Shown: positions 10,158 to 24,725, numbered from the stretch's first letter. The stretch: DNA of 64,000 nucleotides from Octopus bimaculoides (GCF_001194135.2 NC_068981.1:81989940-82053939), one strand, 5' to 3'. Notes: a model not told the origin generated them from the letters alone. Numbers and translations are program-made.

Positions 10158-11999
10158 TGTGTGCAAATATATGAACATGCGCACACCAACACACACATAT
10201 AGAGAGAAAGAGGACTGCGCAAATATGGATGCATTATATACATACACTTCGTCTTTCGTTGTGTGTAAATATTGAATACTTACGTTTCAAGTATGTACCA
10301 TTCTTTTTCAACATTGATTGTTTTAAAAGTAAGTTGTTATTAGTCTCATCGTATTTTACTTTGTTGGCTTCTTTCATTTTGAATGGGGAAAAAGGAAGTT
10401 GATCCTTTCAGACGTACGTTACGATAATCAACTGAAAACGATGGTTTTTGTGTAATCATACATCTTGTTTCTTGTGCCCCTTATACAAAAACTCTTTACC
10501 TATGCTCATACATATATCATGGTTACACAGAACAACACTTAGACATGATATATCCTTTCATCATACAAATTTCTTCTTTACAAAATAGTTGTTCGACAAA
10601 CACACACCTTATAAACAATATCTTTTTGGCAAATCCTTCATCGACTCTTAAAGACCATTCTAAAACAGTCTCTTAATGATACTCACGTATGTGTTCTACG
10701 TATCCGATTTCCTAGTCACACATGCACATGCGCAAAATGTTTCTTATACACCGAGTTGTACCTTACACAGTTTATGTATTTTACATACGTCAAAAAATCT
10801 TACACCTTAACTACAATTATAGCGACGCTGACAATAGTAATGATGACAGCATCCACAACATCAATGACGACGACGGCGGCAATAGCGAAAAGAAAGAAAA
10901 TATAACAATAACCACAGAAGCAATAATAGCAATGATGTCTCTATGGGAACTGATTGTCGTTTTGAAAATTTTTTCGAGTTAACCACTTCATTATCAACTG
11001 TTTAAAGACGTCTGATTCTTTCTGCTACGCTAATTTCTCCTGTCATCCGACTAATGATATCCCGGACATAATCTATTATCGCTCTAATTGCCCTAGTCAT
11101 TGTTTCATCCGGTTCCTTATCTTTCCTCTCTCCCCAACAGACAGAAGCGAGTTTGCACATAAATTCACATGCGCACGCATGCATCTTATTAGTTTTTACG
11201 CATGAACGCAGGTTGATACACTCTGCCTTAGCAGCCATTTCCATAGCAGCCTTTCTGTTATCCTTCAATACCACAAACTGTCATCCTAATCATTGTCTTC
11301 CTTTTGTATTCTCAGTCTCTGCATAATGCTCTACGTCTGTCTCTCTATTGTGTCTCTCTACTTCCCTTTACGCTATCGTTCTATTTTATTACCTGTCTCT
11401 TCCTCACATCTAAATTCTCTGTGACATATCAAGTAACCTCCATTACAATCTCTGTCACTCTACTACTTCCCCCCTTTTCTTCACTACACGGCCTGTCTCT
11501 ATATTACACTTTTATCCTCTCCCCATTATATATACTATTTCCCTAGTAATTCTCTGTCTTTCCGTTAAATCATTCCTCTGATTCCGTCTTCACATTTTTC
11601 TTCCTTCCCAGATATTTACATTGAATTCTCTCTCAAATTCGTCCATATCTTGTGATTCTTCGATCTCAGATTGTTGATTACTAAGGAATATTTCATGTTT
11701 ATTTTATATTACGGTCCTACGTTTTAATTTATAATTTATTCATATAATGTGATGTTTGTCTTATAATTTGATATTTATAGGAGAAGCCTGAAATATGATA
11801 AATTTCATTCAAGTGGATGAGTAGCTATAGAATTCAGTAAAAGTGTATCGAGAGCTATAATAGTTTTTACCTAACCTTTTGAGGGCGAAAAATAACCCAG
11901 AATCAGTGTTGTGAAATTAGCAGTTCACGGAGGACATAAGTGGTTTGACTTCTGCCCATTTGGTGTTTATGATAATGTATAATATAAGGTATGATGTTA

Positions 12000-12310
12000 T
12001 CTAGATATAAGATAGTATAGCGGGAACGGTATGAGAAGGGATGGAATTCCAGAGGCTCGACTTTCTAGGAAGGAGTACCTGGGTGTGGACTCAACGATAG
12101 TAATGACAGAAGGAGAAACACATGAGCTGGGAATGCCTGATAGTGAGACCCAACAAATAGAGCTATTGTGAGTTTCTCTAGTTAAATGCTGTTCAGAGTT
12201 AAAAGGCTGTGATGCAATGATGTTTGCTTGGCATGAGTAACGTATGTATTTTCTTGTTGCTGAAAGAAACGAGATTGGCGTTTCTCAGCTGGAAGATGCC
12301 TTCAAGGTCT
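12000..12310 (-). mobile_element. Decayed LINE (CR1/Jockey-like) ORF2 3' end
   Basis: Minus strand gives HTQVLLPRKSSLWNSIPSHTVP, resembling the terminal SFFPRT..LWNSLP motif of these LINEs; heavily degraded. Confidence 0.45.
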
Positions 12311-12575
12311 CAAGTATGTACGTTTAACATATTGTTTTCTGAAGTCATAATTTTCTGGTAATTTCATCTCACACAACTCTTGATAATCCTATACTACTCT
12401 ATCGAAGCCATATCGTTTGCTTTTTGTTGTATGGTCCTTTTATCATTCCAAACCATGCAGACCTATGATCGGAAGCATTGCAGCTGTGACGGATGTTTAT
12501 TTTATTTTGAGACATAAAAGGCGTCAACGACTTATGCAATGTGTTTCTCCCTTTTTAAAAAATTACATGAGAGAA

Positions 12576-12666
<91 letters not shown>

Positions 12667-12711
12667 GAGAAAGACTTGGTAGCTACTTCTAGCAATTCGA
12701 GGGATCATATA

Positions 12712-13167
12712 CAGGGTTTTCCGTGTCAAATACTCTCGACTTCTCATCACACTTGTGTTGAACACCCTCTCCCAGGCCCTGTAGTAATTGTGTTGAACAC
12801 AATCTCTCATGCCCACCCTTCCTAGAATATTACCTCTCTGGTATTTCCTCCATGCTCATGTCATTCTCGTGGGTAGTAATTTACCTAGCGGTATCCGACC
12901 ATTATACTACCCGCAAGGGGTTATACAAAAGACAAAACCTCTAATACTGGAGGACTTGGAGACACGGATTCAGGAGGTTCTCAATGATATCCCAGGTTCA
13001 TTCCTTCCCTGGCCATTTGAGGAAACTGGTTGACGCCACCGGTACTTACGTTGAGACATGAAACTTTTCTTTCATTTTCCAATGTAACGAAGAACATGGA
13101 TCATTTGTAAAAGGAATATGAATTTTATTACCAATTTTTAATGCCTACTTACTTTTCACTCACCCTG
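12712..13167 (+). mobile_element. Internally deleted Tc1/mariner-superfamily element
   Basis: Termini CAGGGT..ACCCTG flanked by TA on both sides (12710-12711, 13168-13169). Internal KTKPLILEDLETRIQEVLNDIP matches the transposase C-terminal helix. TIR identity is limited to 6 bp. Confidence 0.7.
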
Positions 13168-15383
13168 TATATTACATGTATATTTTCTCCACCCACACAA
13201 TTTTCTTTAATGTCCTCTGATTAAATTTTTATCTGTTTATCCATCGATCGATATGACTCTCTAACTAGCAATTTAGCTGTGTTTAGAATGTATACAAATA
13301 TCTCATAATTGTATTCACTTGTTTGTTGAAGTAATCAGCTAATTTCCACACATACGCACCTTCGCCCGTATATTCCATTTATTCGGTGTTGCGTTTTCCT
13401 GTTTGGAAAACGTAAAGAAAGGAACTCAGTTCCTTAGCACCCATCTCCAACAAACAGCTTAATAACTCAGTGGAATTTGCACTCGTGTCACATGAGTCTA
13501 CAAAGAGTCCAGCGCTTTATGCTATGAACACAAACTACCCTGTCTCTGTTAAAAGATACCTGTTTTAAAATGTGCTCAAAATATGTTCTCGATTGTTTCA
13601 GAAGGCAAATGGGGGAAAGGGATTAAAGAGCTGTACATAGAAAGGTAAAATGTACGGCGTGCGATTGGTAGTGTTGATAGGGTTTGAAAAGAAACAGTTA
13701 ATCATCGTGTTTGTTAGTTTTAGAACCCAGGAAATGTAAAATGTAAATTCCACCGTAAACTGGCAAGTGTATAAAGAAGTGGGAACCGAAGAAGATTAAG
13801 AAGATAAACACGAAGGTAAAGAAGAAGAAGAAGCGTGTTAGTGGGTGAAGGAAGAAGCATTAACAACGTAAACGACTATGACAACAGAAATGATATCGAC
13901 AATCACGCTAAATAACCACATTAGCAACTGGTTCCGATCTGAGCAACAGCAAGAAAAACAACACAGTTACAAAAAAGAACACGAACAACTGAAAACAACA
14001 ACATTCAAGGTGCAATAACAGTAGCAGCAACAACAGCATCGTTTCAATAACAACAATAACAATTATAACAACGCAACAAGTCAATTGTTTATTAGTATTA
14101 AGGCAGTAACACAAGGTCTACTTGAGCCGTGCTTCATCTAAGCCTATTTCCTTCATAATATAAGTTATTGACAGGGCTGTCAAGTTGAGACGAGTTTTAT
14201 GCAGATAATTCGTTAAAAAGTGAAAATGTCTTCATTACTATCAGGTCAGCAAGTACATTGTTTCATGATTGTTTTCTTTAAAACTAACTCAATGTACTTG
14301 TAGTGGTTGTGGCTGTGGCAGTGATGGTGGTGTGGTGAAGGTAGTTCTTTCTGACATACGCACCTATATCCGTACCTTCTTTTTTTCATTTTCACTCTTT
14401 TTTAAACTCAAAAAATTTCCTTATTTCTCTCTCATTTTTCGCCCTATTTTCAATTCGTCTTCCCCTCTATCATTAGTTTCTCACTCATTCCTCTGTGTTT
14501 TCTCTCTCCTCACCATTCCTGTTTCTTTTTTCATTGTCACTCTCACAACACTCTCTTTCTCACTCATATTCTGTTCCTTACCTTCCACTACACTAACTGT
14601 CTTACGTTTAAACATAAGCTAAAACAAACATGGTGCACTAATACATAGAACAGTGGTGTCCGTACCTGTTATGTCACACACAATATATATATACACACAC
14701 ACACACATGCTCACATACATCCATTATAAACACAGATTAGCAGATTAGTAGATCATACAACTGTATGTCCATTAACTATTTTACTAGATACATCATTTCC
14801 TTGGAGGATCGTTAATTACCACGTCCGTCTTCCTGAACTCTGCAATGGTCATGAGCATAACCCTTTCCTTCATCCTAATCTAGAAATAAAATACAACTTT
14901 ACTTCTACTAGGTTTTCTCTTCGGACTGAAATTAGTAAAAAAAATCTACTGACAAAAGTTACTTTATAATAAACCATTGCTTTATCCAATTGTTTTTAAC
15001 TTTAAAAATTTTACTTAACCCTTCCACGATTCTCATTCGTTGCTTCACTCCAGTTTCTATGACGTTAATCGAAATCAATTTCCATATAGAAAGGGTACTA
15101 ATAATATATCAAATAATTTTCAGCATGAAATCCTGGCACTTATTTTCTATTTTCTAGTTTTGCTTTTCATGCAAAATAGCTAAAACAGTTTTCTGTTTAT
15201 TCACTTAATGCTCACAGTAGATTTAAATGTCGTAATGTCTTATCTGTTTAGCTATGTTACCGCTTCTTTGTCGAACGCTATAAATGGCAAGAAATTGTTT
15301 GTTATATATTTGTAAGGAGTCTATTAAACAGTTGCTAATAAAGATATAGATTCCACTACGTTGTGCTTCATTACTCGTATTGG

Positions 15384-15389
<6 letters not shown>

Positions 15390-15455
<66 letters not shown>

Positions 15456-15800
15456 AACAAAGAAGACAGATTTGATGACAATGATATTGGTGAGCTCCTT
15501 AAGGTGCTTTCCCGTTTACCCTCTGTATCTATTCAGTTCCAGTACCTAAGTTAAGCTATTTCCCAAATTTACTAATACTCCTAAACAAATATGAACAGCA
15601 CACATTCCCCTTTTTACTCTTTGTCGATACATTAAAAATCAAAAACAAACGTCAATGCTTGAATATAAGCTCCCAAGTGTATTTCTGTCTGTCTGTCTGT
15701 CTGTCTGTCAGTATGACAGGCTGTCTGTCTCTCTCGCTCTGTTATCGAGGTGACTTTCAGTTAACGTTTTCGAGATTCGATCACTCAATCTCTATTATAA

Positions 15801-15833
<33 letters not shown>

Positions 15834-15850
15834 AAATAAATAAATAAACT
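15390..15850. repeat. (AC)n, (TCTG)n and (TAAA)n microsatellites
   Basis: Tracts at about 15390-15450, 15685-15710 and 15795-15848. Confidence 0.9.
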
Positions 15851-18127
15851 AACCTCTAAATTGTTTCAATAACACTGAATTCTTTGTTGACTGTGTATCA
15901 TCCCTTTGTTTCAGAAATTTATTGCAAACATATATCGAACTCAATTTAGTTTTCGTTGAGTTTCGTTTTATTTTTGTTATTCCCTGATGTGTTTGGTAAT
16001 TAGAAAGGATGAAACATTCAATTATTTCAAACTTTCATGGCAATACTTATTTTAGCTAATTAGTTCTTTAGATCTTCAGATATTCACAACGTTAAAACTA
16101 GGACCACTTTTTGTTATTACCTCAAGAAAAACCACATTCTTATGAACGATGAAACTTGTTTTTTTTCTTTGCGAGAAACCCTTATTTCAATTATGTTGTC
16201 TATTGCAGTTTTTATTTGGTGTAATGAGGAATATTTTGATGGCTGAACCAGTAGCAATCTCAGTTTCTTTGTTCATTTCCTACCACCGGCGTTGTGGTTA
16301 TGTTTTCAAATACATAACATGGGTATCAATAACAACAGTACTGCAAAGCTGATTAAAGTTTAACTTACAAATGCTGAACGCAACTATTTTTGTGGGTGAA
16401 AAATAGGAAGAGATGAGCTCAGCCGCTTCCAACATATCTAAATATATTCCATTAAGGTAGCGTAATCGTTGTGCACAGAACAACTAAGTCGTTTGAGAAT
16501 ACTTCTTATTATTAAACCATTATTACGTTACAGTAAAGGTGGTGAATTGGTAGAATCGTTTGCAGTATCTTTCCGGGTGTTTCTGCTCCCCAAGATCAGT
16601 TTTGTCTTTCATCCTTCCGCAAATTACTGATTCAATTTTATCGACTAGTCTCATCTCCGTCCAAATGCCTAACTTTATGCTCGTCGAGAAACAATTATTA
16701 CGACATTTTTGAAAAGTTCGAACACTGAGTCCCCAAATCTTAGTATATGAAGTCAGTTAGAGAGAAACAACGTTTGCGGCAGTAATGTTAAAACAGGGTT
16801 GTGTTTCAAAGCGTTTCCTCTTGACTTATACATAATTTCTTTTAAATTTGGTACATGTTTACCACAAATTGTTAAGGAAGATGCATAGACGATTCAATCG
16901 ATCCTGAAACATTATTGAATCGACCTAAACTTGATTTAAATTTAGAAAATAAACTGATACAAGTAAACACAGCTAGGTTGTTTGGCTAAGTATTTCATCA
17001 TTTCTGTCTTTTCACAGAAGTACTGTCTAAATATAATGACTGTACTTTTGTTGATATACATAGGAGTTCGAAAACCCATCTCTGCTTATGAAGTTGCAAA
17101 CCTGCAAGCCACAGAATGTACTTCGAATATGAAGTGTAATATACAAATTTAAATTTAAATATGAAAGTTATAAATTCATGAGTTAAACTGTTACATCAAA
17201 ATCGATTATTAGAACTAGAGACTTGCATTTTAATACTGGATATTACTATTTATTATAAATAATATTAATATATTAATATCATACAAAATATTATGCGGAA
17301 TATAAATAGCATACAGAATATTAATATTATTTAATACAACAACATTATTAGATAGGAATTATTACATTTTAATACTGAATGCGAAACAAAACTAGTTAGA
17401 GAAGCATCCAATATAAAAAAAATTTAAAAAGTTGCTTAGCTATGGAAGATTTATTAATTACAATATACTAAAAGAAAAATAAAACGAAAGAAAGCAATAT
17501 TAGAAAAAAATACAAACAACACACGTACATAGCAGAAGCTGAATAAACTCTGAAAGTAACAGGAAGTCAACCGTTACGCAATTTTGAAACCAACGACCAT
17601 GACATTATCAGTTACAGCATCATTGTCTTAATACCATACTTCCTACTACGAAACGCATCAACAACGCATTTAGAAGCTGAGCATTTTCAAAGAGAAGATG
17701 CTTCGATTAGACGAATTAGGATGCACCTTATGAAGTTTAAATGAACTGGACCAGCGTTTTCCAGTATTAAGAGAGATCAAGAAATATTTTACGATATATT
17801 ATCTAGTACATATTCGAAACCTTCGTATCCACAAGACCACTTACTTTTTAAATTTAAACCATTTTCACTTTGGAATGAACTATAGACATCATCAATATTT
17901 TTTGAATAATTCGAGCAAAGATGTAGCAAATTCAATTCACTACTGGTTGACGATGTAACCGTTTTTGGAATATAGACGTTTGATATTTAGCGTAGTAACG
18001 ATAAATAATTGTCCAGAAATCATTTCAACAATAAGAATATATTCTGTCCTCCTTTATATACATAATTACATTACTCGAAGTAATTACCTATTTCTTTAAA
18101 AATACATGTTGGCAATGACATAGTTCC

Positions 18128-18665
18128 CATACATACATACATACATACATACATACATACATACATACATACATACATACATACATACACATACATATAT
18201 ATATGCATACATACACACACATACATGCACACATACAAACATACAATACACATACAAACGTACGTACATACATACGTACGTACATACATACGTACGTACA
18301 TACATACATACAATACACATACATACACACATACACACATACTTACATACATGCATACAATACACATACATACATACACACATACACACATTTATGCATA
18401 CATACACATACATATATATATATGCGTACGTACATACATACACACATGCATACATACAAACATACATACATACACATACATACACACACATACACGCAAA
18501 CATACACACACACATACATAATACACACACATACATACATAATACACACACATACATACATAATACACACACATACATATATACATAAATACATGCATAA
18601 ATACATACATGCATACATACAATCATACATACATACATACATACATATATACATACTTACATCCA
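18128..18665. repeat. Long degenerate (TACA/CA)n microsatellite
   Basis: About 540-bp tract; source of the VCMY/HTYI ORFs. Confidence 0.95.
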
Positions 18666-19003
18666 TACGTACATGTTATGCGGATATTTATTTTAGTTTT
18701 GTGATGTTATATTGGTATTGATTCCATCGTTAATAGTTTACATTTGTAGTGATTTTTCTGTCAGACAAATAGTCATTTACCAATGTCTTTTGGTCTCATT
18801 TTGTCCTGAGTTGTGTGATACCATGCACATCGTATTTCTGGTTACCAGCACATCGTGTTTCCGAAGGAGGCTATCGTACTTGTATGGACATTATAGCATT
18901 TGATATTGTGAAATACACAATCTTCACGCTTGCAGTCAAACATGTAAACCTCATTAGTAATTTGTTGCTGGTTCGCGGGTTGACAAACACGTAGTTTGGT
19001 AAT

Positions 19004-19336
19004 GGTGAAGGTACGTGGCTTAGTGGTTAGAGTATTCGACTCACGATCGTAAGGTCGTGAGTTTAATTCCCGGCACCGCGTTTTGTCCTTGCGCATAACA
19101 CTTTATTTCACGTTGCTCCTGTCAGCTAAGCTGGTAAAAATGAGTAGTACCTGTATTTCAAAGGGCCAGCCTTGTTACATTCTGTGTTACGCTAGACCTC
19201 CCTGAGAACTAAGTTAAGGGGTACATGTGTGTGTGTGGAGTGCTCAGCCACTTTCAAGTTTATTTCGCGAGCAAGCTCTTCCGTTAATCGGATCAGCTGA
19301 AACCTCCGTCGTCATCACTGACGGAGAGCCAGTGCC
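19004..19336 (+). mobile_element. SINE family D (tRNA head, CORE-like middle, 3' tail shared with family C)
   Basis: Head GGCTTAGTGGTTAGAG..GAGTTTAATTCCCGG; middle GTCCTTG.GCA..ACACTTTATTTCACGTTGCTCC; tail CAAAGGGCCAGCCTTGT..GAGAACT..GTTAAGG..GATCGGATCA.CTG..GACGGAG as in 38574-38965. Confidence 0.85.
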
Positions 19337-19397
19337 AGTTTAGTTTGCTAATGATGCAAACAAAAAAAGTTGCAATTTTAATGTTTATGTAGTATAT

Positions 19398-19612
19398 TAG
19401 TTTCAAATTTCGGTACTAGGCCAGCAATTTCGAAGGACGTGGTATGACTATTCCATCGACCCCAGTATTCAACTGGTACTTATTTTATGACCCCGAAAGG
19501 ATGAAAGGTAAAGTCGACCGCGGCGGAATTTGAACTCGGAACGTGAAGTCGGATGAGATGTCGCTAAGTATCTTGCCCAGCGTGCTAACGATTCTGCCAA
19601 CTCGCCTGCCGC
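19398..19612 (-). mobile_element. SINE family B
   Basis: Reverse complement of the family B sequence (GACCCCGAAAGGATGAAAGG..CGGCGGAATTTGAACTC). Confidence 0.9.
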
Positions 19613-20724
19613 CTTGCTATGTAGTATATCACACGCATTAATTTATAGCTTTGTGCAATGAATTTTGTGTCTCTTTTACATTTTTTTTGTTATATATATT
19701 CTATAATTAGCATTCATTTCATTCATGGGATACATTTTATATGTAGTTTACCATCTTCAACAGGATAGCGTCGAATGCAGTGCATTTTTAATAGGATAAT
19801 GTTCAAATATATTTGCATTATATTTAAACTCTATTGTCCTATGGTTTGGTTTAGTAATTTTTTTGAATATCCGATGCTGATTATTATTCATTTTATTCTT
19901 TATACGCCTTCATCCAATAGTTGCTTTTACTTCTGACAATTTATGTCTATGTGGACATTTACTGCATCCAAATAAGTTCAGGCATTTGAAGTATTTTTAG
20001 CATAGACGACGTAGTATATGTTATTTTTATTGCGACAATTTATAACAAAAATTATTCATTTTATGACAATGAAATTTTATATATGTTGTCCTGGATGTTA
20101 AATTTTATTAAAACACAAATGTCAGCGCCTTTGCTTACAAAATACGAAATCGGCAACAAAATACGAAAACCTCACTTCATCCAGAATGAGAAAAGGAAAG
20201 GTTTAAAAATATTGGTGATGAACTCTGAAACTTTAAAGTTCCAAAGTGAAAGTAACACATACGTAAACGTAAGAAGACATTAGTAAAAAAAAAAAAAAAA
20301 GGATCAGACTAGAACACAGTCGTGTTTTAATACAACACAAACACAAGCACATACATATATGCAGTGTGAGATATGTAATGTTGAATTTCCTCGTGTTATT
20401 GAAATCTCTTTGAGACCTATCATGTAATACCACAACAGTATATGCACGACAGTAACAAAAACAATAAAAACTAGCAACAATATCAACAAGTAATACGCTG
20501 CATTTTCTTTTTCTTTGTGAACTTCCCTTGTATTTCAAATTGTCACTATTCAAAATAAAGACAGGTTTTAATACCATTTCACCTCTACCCTGCAAATACT
20601 TGTCATTTACTTAGAGAATTTTGGTCGGCTTGGCAGACTATAATTGATAGGGGCTACACATGGAAAGGGTCGACAAGTGCCAACTTGACAGACAAATTGA
20701 ACAGTACGGTAATGTGGCTAAGTA

Positions 20725-20987
20725 ATATGTATGCATATATTTATGTCTGTATGTATGTATACCTATACATATATATATATATATTATGTATGTATATAAT
20801 TATGTATATTTTATGTGTTTGTATGTATATATATATATATGTGTGTGTGCGTGTGTATATACATATATATATATATGTATATATATATACACACACATAC
20901 ATATACGTATATATATTACGTGTGCATGTGTGAATATATATTATGTATGCATGTGTGTATGTATATATGTATATGTATCTATGTGTA

Positions 20988-21019
<32 letters not shown>

Positions 21020-21021
21020 CA

Positions 21022-21110
<89 letters not shown>

Positions 21111-21123
21111 TTATATATACCTA

Positions 21124-21169
<46 letters not shown>

Positions 21170-21800
21170 CTTTCACATGTATGTATGTATGTATGTATGT
21201 ATGTATAATTTTGACGGAAACCTCCAGTCCTGTTTTTCATGTTGACATCTCGTGACTAAGGATTAGAGTGGTTTCCCTTGACATTGATCGAAACCTGTGT
21301 ATACATAACATCCTTGTAGATTTGTCCACTTGAACAATGGTTTACATAAACTGTAAATACACTTAGATATATTAACGAATACACTTGCTTAAACACACAC
21401 ACACACACGCGCGCACACACACATACACACACACGCACACACACACACACACGCCCACATACACGCACACACACACATACACATATACACTCACATACAC
21501 ACACAAATATACATTCACTCGAACAGAGAAATACATAGACAGACACAATCATACGCTGAAACAAAACCATAGACAAGTATGCAACACACACATAAACATA
21601 AACTTCCACATACATACATACATACATACATACATACATACATACATACACACATACATACATACATATTTATATATACACATATGTATGTACACGCACA
21701 CATACACAGGCATATACACATGCATCATGTAAATATAAATAAGCACATGCACCGCACACATACACATACATACAACACACATGATTACATACACATAAAT
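20725..21800. repeat. Compound microsatellite cluster (TA, TCTA, TGTA, CA, TACA)
   Basis: Tracts at about 20725-21210 and 21385-21800. Confidence 0.95.
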
Positions 21801-22211
21801 ATTAAACATACACTTGTCTTCATTTCCTTACAAAGCTTTCAGTAAAGCGACTTTATAATGTATTTTACTTAACCTATAATCAAAGATACATGATTCCAAA
21901 CACGATGAAATAACACTTTCAGTGACAGAGGCATGCACATACACGGACATACAAAAGTATATATGTACATATATGTAAACCCTACTTACACGCTAGAAAT
22001 AGATGGCAAATAGCTCTAAAAACAGCATTCATACTCTGTTAGCACAGGTTGTAAGCGGGCAGATGAAAAAATGAATAAGATTTTTTTCAAAAAAAATGGT
22101 TAATTGTAGAACGATATCTGGTTTAGGGTTGCAAGACTCCTTGCTGTCTTCAGTAGAATATGGCGCTGGCCACTTGATAAAATCATTGAAGTGGTTTTAT
22201 CCTTAATTTTG

Positions 22212-22257
<46 letters not shown>

Positions 22258-22599
22258 CAATAAGAAAATGGGGGGGGGGGGAATAGGTGGCATTCATCAA
22301 CTTGCAGACATTGTATTGTGTCAATTTACTTGGATATATATGTATATATATATATATAGCAATGAGAAAATGGAGGAGAATATGCGATATCCATCGACTT
22401 GCAGACAATGTATTCCGTTGATTAAACTGTTTATTTTATAACTAAAATGACAAAAACCACAATATACAGATACTTATGACATACCATGTCATATTAACAA
22501 GTAAGGTTACAAATATAAAGGACATTTAGCAATTGGAGAAGGGATATATGTATATATACATACGTATATGTACATACCTACATCTATATGTATATATAC

Positions 22600-23015
22600 G
22601 TATAGACGTATATATATATAAGCATACGTGGGAACAGGACGTCATGAAACGTGTACAACAAAAATTACGAAGTACGGGTACATGGAACATGAACTATTCT
22701 TTCGAACAACGAAAGACACAAATGGAAAACAAAACAAACAACATAAAGAACGACCCTTCATCAGTTGTTGGCTGTTTTTCTAGTCGCGTATTTTGAGCAT
22801 TTAACAGCAATATACACTTTCGATAAAACAGGTGCTCCCGCAAAGCAAATTAAATAAGATTTAAAACTTTTGCGGAGGGTCAAAATTGGTAACACAAACA
22901 GGACAGTGAAAACAAACAGGAAGGGCTGCTAAGCCTAAACGAGGTTGTGGTGGTGAACGCGTAAATCTAGCGTTCATCGAAACCAGCACTAGAAGAAAAA
23001 ACAACCAACTTTAGT
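22600..23015 (-). mobile_element. Probable PLE terminal-repeat remnant with a hammerhead half-core
   Basis: Minus-strand CTGATGAAGGG at 22754-22764. Layout (CTCCC.CAAA..CAAATTAAA..GGAGGG..ACAGGACAG) parallels 48337-48560. Confidence 0.45.
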
Positions 23016-23028
23016 TTTAAGACGAAAA

Positions 23029-23270
23029 GTGCTTTTCCATCGGGATAATGCTCGGCCACATACTGCGAGGATGACCTTCCAAAGGCTGGAGCAGTTTGAA
23101 TGTGAAATGATGCCCCACCCACTATATTCGCTGGATATTTCCCCATCTGATTATCATTTATTCCGCAGTCTCCAACATCATTTGGACGGAAAAAATATGA
23201 ATTCTGTAGACGAAGTCAGAACAGTATTGGAGGAGTATTTTTCGTCACAGATAAGTGAATTTTGGAAGAG
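23029..23270 (+). pseudogene. Mariner transposase catalytic-domain fragment
   Basis: FHRDNARPHTARMT..MPHPLYSLDISPSDYHLFRSLQHHLDGK matches the mariner HDNARPH and HPPYSPDLAPSDYHLF motifs. Confidence 0.93.
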
Positions 23271-23782
23271 AAATTGGATGGGAGCGCTTCTCAGTGAACC
23301 AGATGACTTTCGTAAGGATGCGGTATAAGGTGTAGTAGCTTTACTGCAAGGTATTTGGATAAATCTTTCCCCGACTTTTATATAACGGAATGAGAATTAA
23401 GTGCACACTAAACGTTTCTGTACGTGTTTATTTACTTTAATCAAACGCATCCCTACTTAGCAAGCTATTGAACGGTAATTAGACTTTACATCGACATTTC
23501 ACACAACGGTCAACACTATTTCTATATCTTTCTTTCTCTACTCGAAAGTTCGATGCGTGTCAAATAATAACCCCTTGTTTATCTTTCTTGCTCTCTCGGT
23601 TTCATTGAAACAGTTTGTTTTCCTTTTACTGTTATCTGTCTATCAAATGAACAGGTGTGATTATTCTTGTTGCAGTAGATACCGTTTGTTTCGGCTGATG
23701 CGCGTTAATCTTGAAAAACCAGTGCGTCTATGTGCCTTTCATTGCGTATAATCTGTTATATGGTGGTATGTATCTGGTTATA

Positions 23783-23945
23783 CTGTTATTCTTGTATTTT
23801 TATTGTTGTTGGTCATGTTTAGCCCCAGTCAATCCCGATCTGATCGAGAAAACCTATGCTAAAAGACATTCTAACTATTACAATCATGCACACAGTGTAT
23901 GTAGAACCACATTTATCCAGTATGTTTTACCTCTTTTAAGAAAGT
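23783..23945 (-). mobile_element. SINE-like family E tail
   Basis: GTTGTTG..TTTAGCCCCAGTCA..CTGATCGAG..ACCTATG..AAAGACATTC; related to 5527-5595, 25330-25430 and 50300-50400. Confidence 0.5.
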
Positions 23946-24104
23946 GGGTTTAAATTGTTCTTTCTAGGACGTCGAACGACCATATATTGCAGCTGCATCG
24001 CTTATGTTTGTTTCTTAATGTTATCATCATCATCATTCCGTTGGTGAATCAAAACAGCGGAATCTGTATTAAATTACTTACACACATGAACAAAGGAATT
24101 TTGT

Positions 24105-24365
24105 TTTTCCTTTTGTCTTTTACCTGTTTCAATCATTGGACTGAGAACATGCTGGGGAATCGCTTTGAAAGATTTTTGTCAAACATATCGACCCAGTACG
24201 TTCTTTTTAAAGTCTGGTACTTATTGTATCAGATGACCATGCTGTACTGCTAAGTTACAGGAATTTAAACCAATACAGATTGCCAAGGTACCGTACAGTG
24301 TGACTGAACCCGAAACCATGTAATTGCAAGCAAGTTTCTTAACTATACAATCATGCCTGCACCTA
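24105..24365 (-). mobile_element. SINE family A, internally deleted
   Basis: Tail TTTTACCTGTTTCAATCATTGGACTG..CATGCTGGGG and head CCAAGGTACC..TGAACCCGAAACCATG. Confidence 0.75.
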
Positions 24366-24389
24366 TGTATTTTTTGCATGTAAAGAGAG

Positions 24390-24725
24390 TGTTATAGTGA
24401 AAATGGTACTCCCCTTCCCACGTGACAAAGTGGTATGACAGGCCACTATAAAGTCAGACAGTCAGTCATTGTAGGAAGTCAGTAGTTGTAGAGTCGTTGT
24501 GCGAGTTCTCAGTTGGAGTCAGTGTTAGTTACATGATATATACGAGTTCGAGTTACCGTCAAGGTAGATGTTTCAAAGTCATTGTCTTCCGGAACTATCA
24601 GCGGTAGCCCGATAAACGAGTCAAAAATAATAAGACGCGGAATACCGCCATAACATAATAGTGGTGGCAAGAATATTACAGTGCCGACAATAACATACAA
24701 TTGGACGAGGATCCATATTATAACA
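24390..24725 (+). mobile_element. Solo LTR
   Basis: Starts TGTTATA and ends TATAACA (7-bp inverted termini, TG..CA). 5-bp flanks GAGAG/GAGAT (4 of 5). CTATAAAG followed by AGTCAGT-rich sequence, as in Gypsy LTRs. Confidence 0.68.

Noticed and set aside
11002-11274. 90-aa minus-strand ORF with a helical-looking C-terminus
   Set aside because: No recognisable family and no supported splice structure; the length is within chance expectation.
22250-22414. Diverged local duplication of about 100 bp
   Set aside because: It is anchored in (TA)n tracts and fits slippage-mediated duplication; no further structure was seen.
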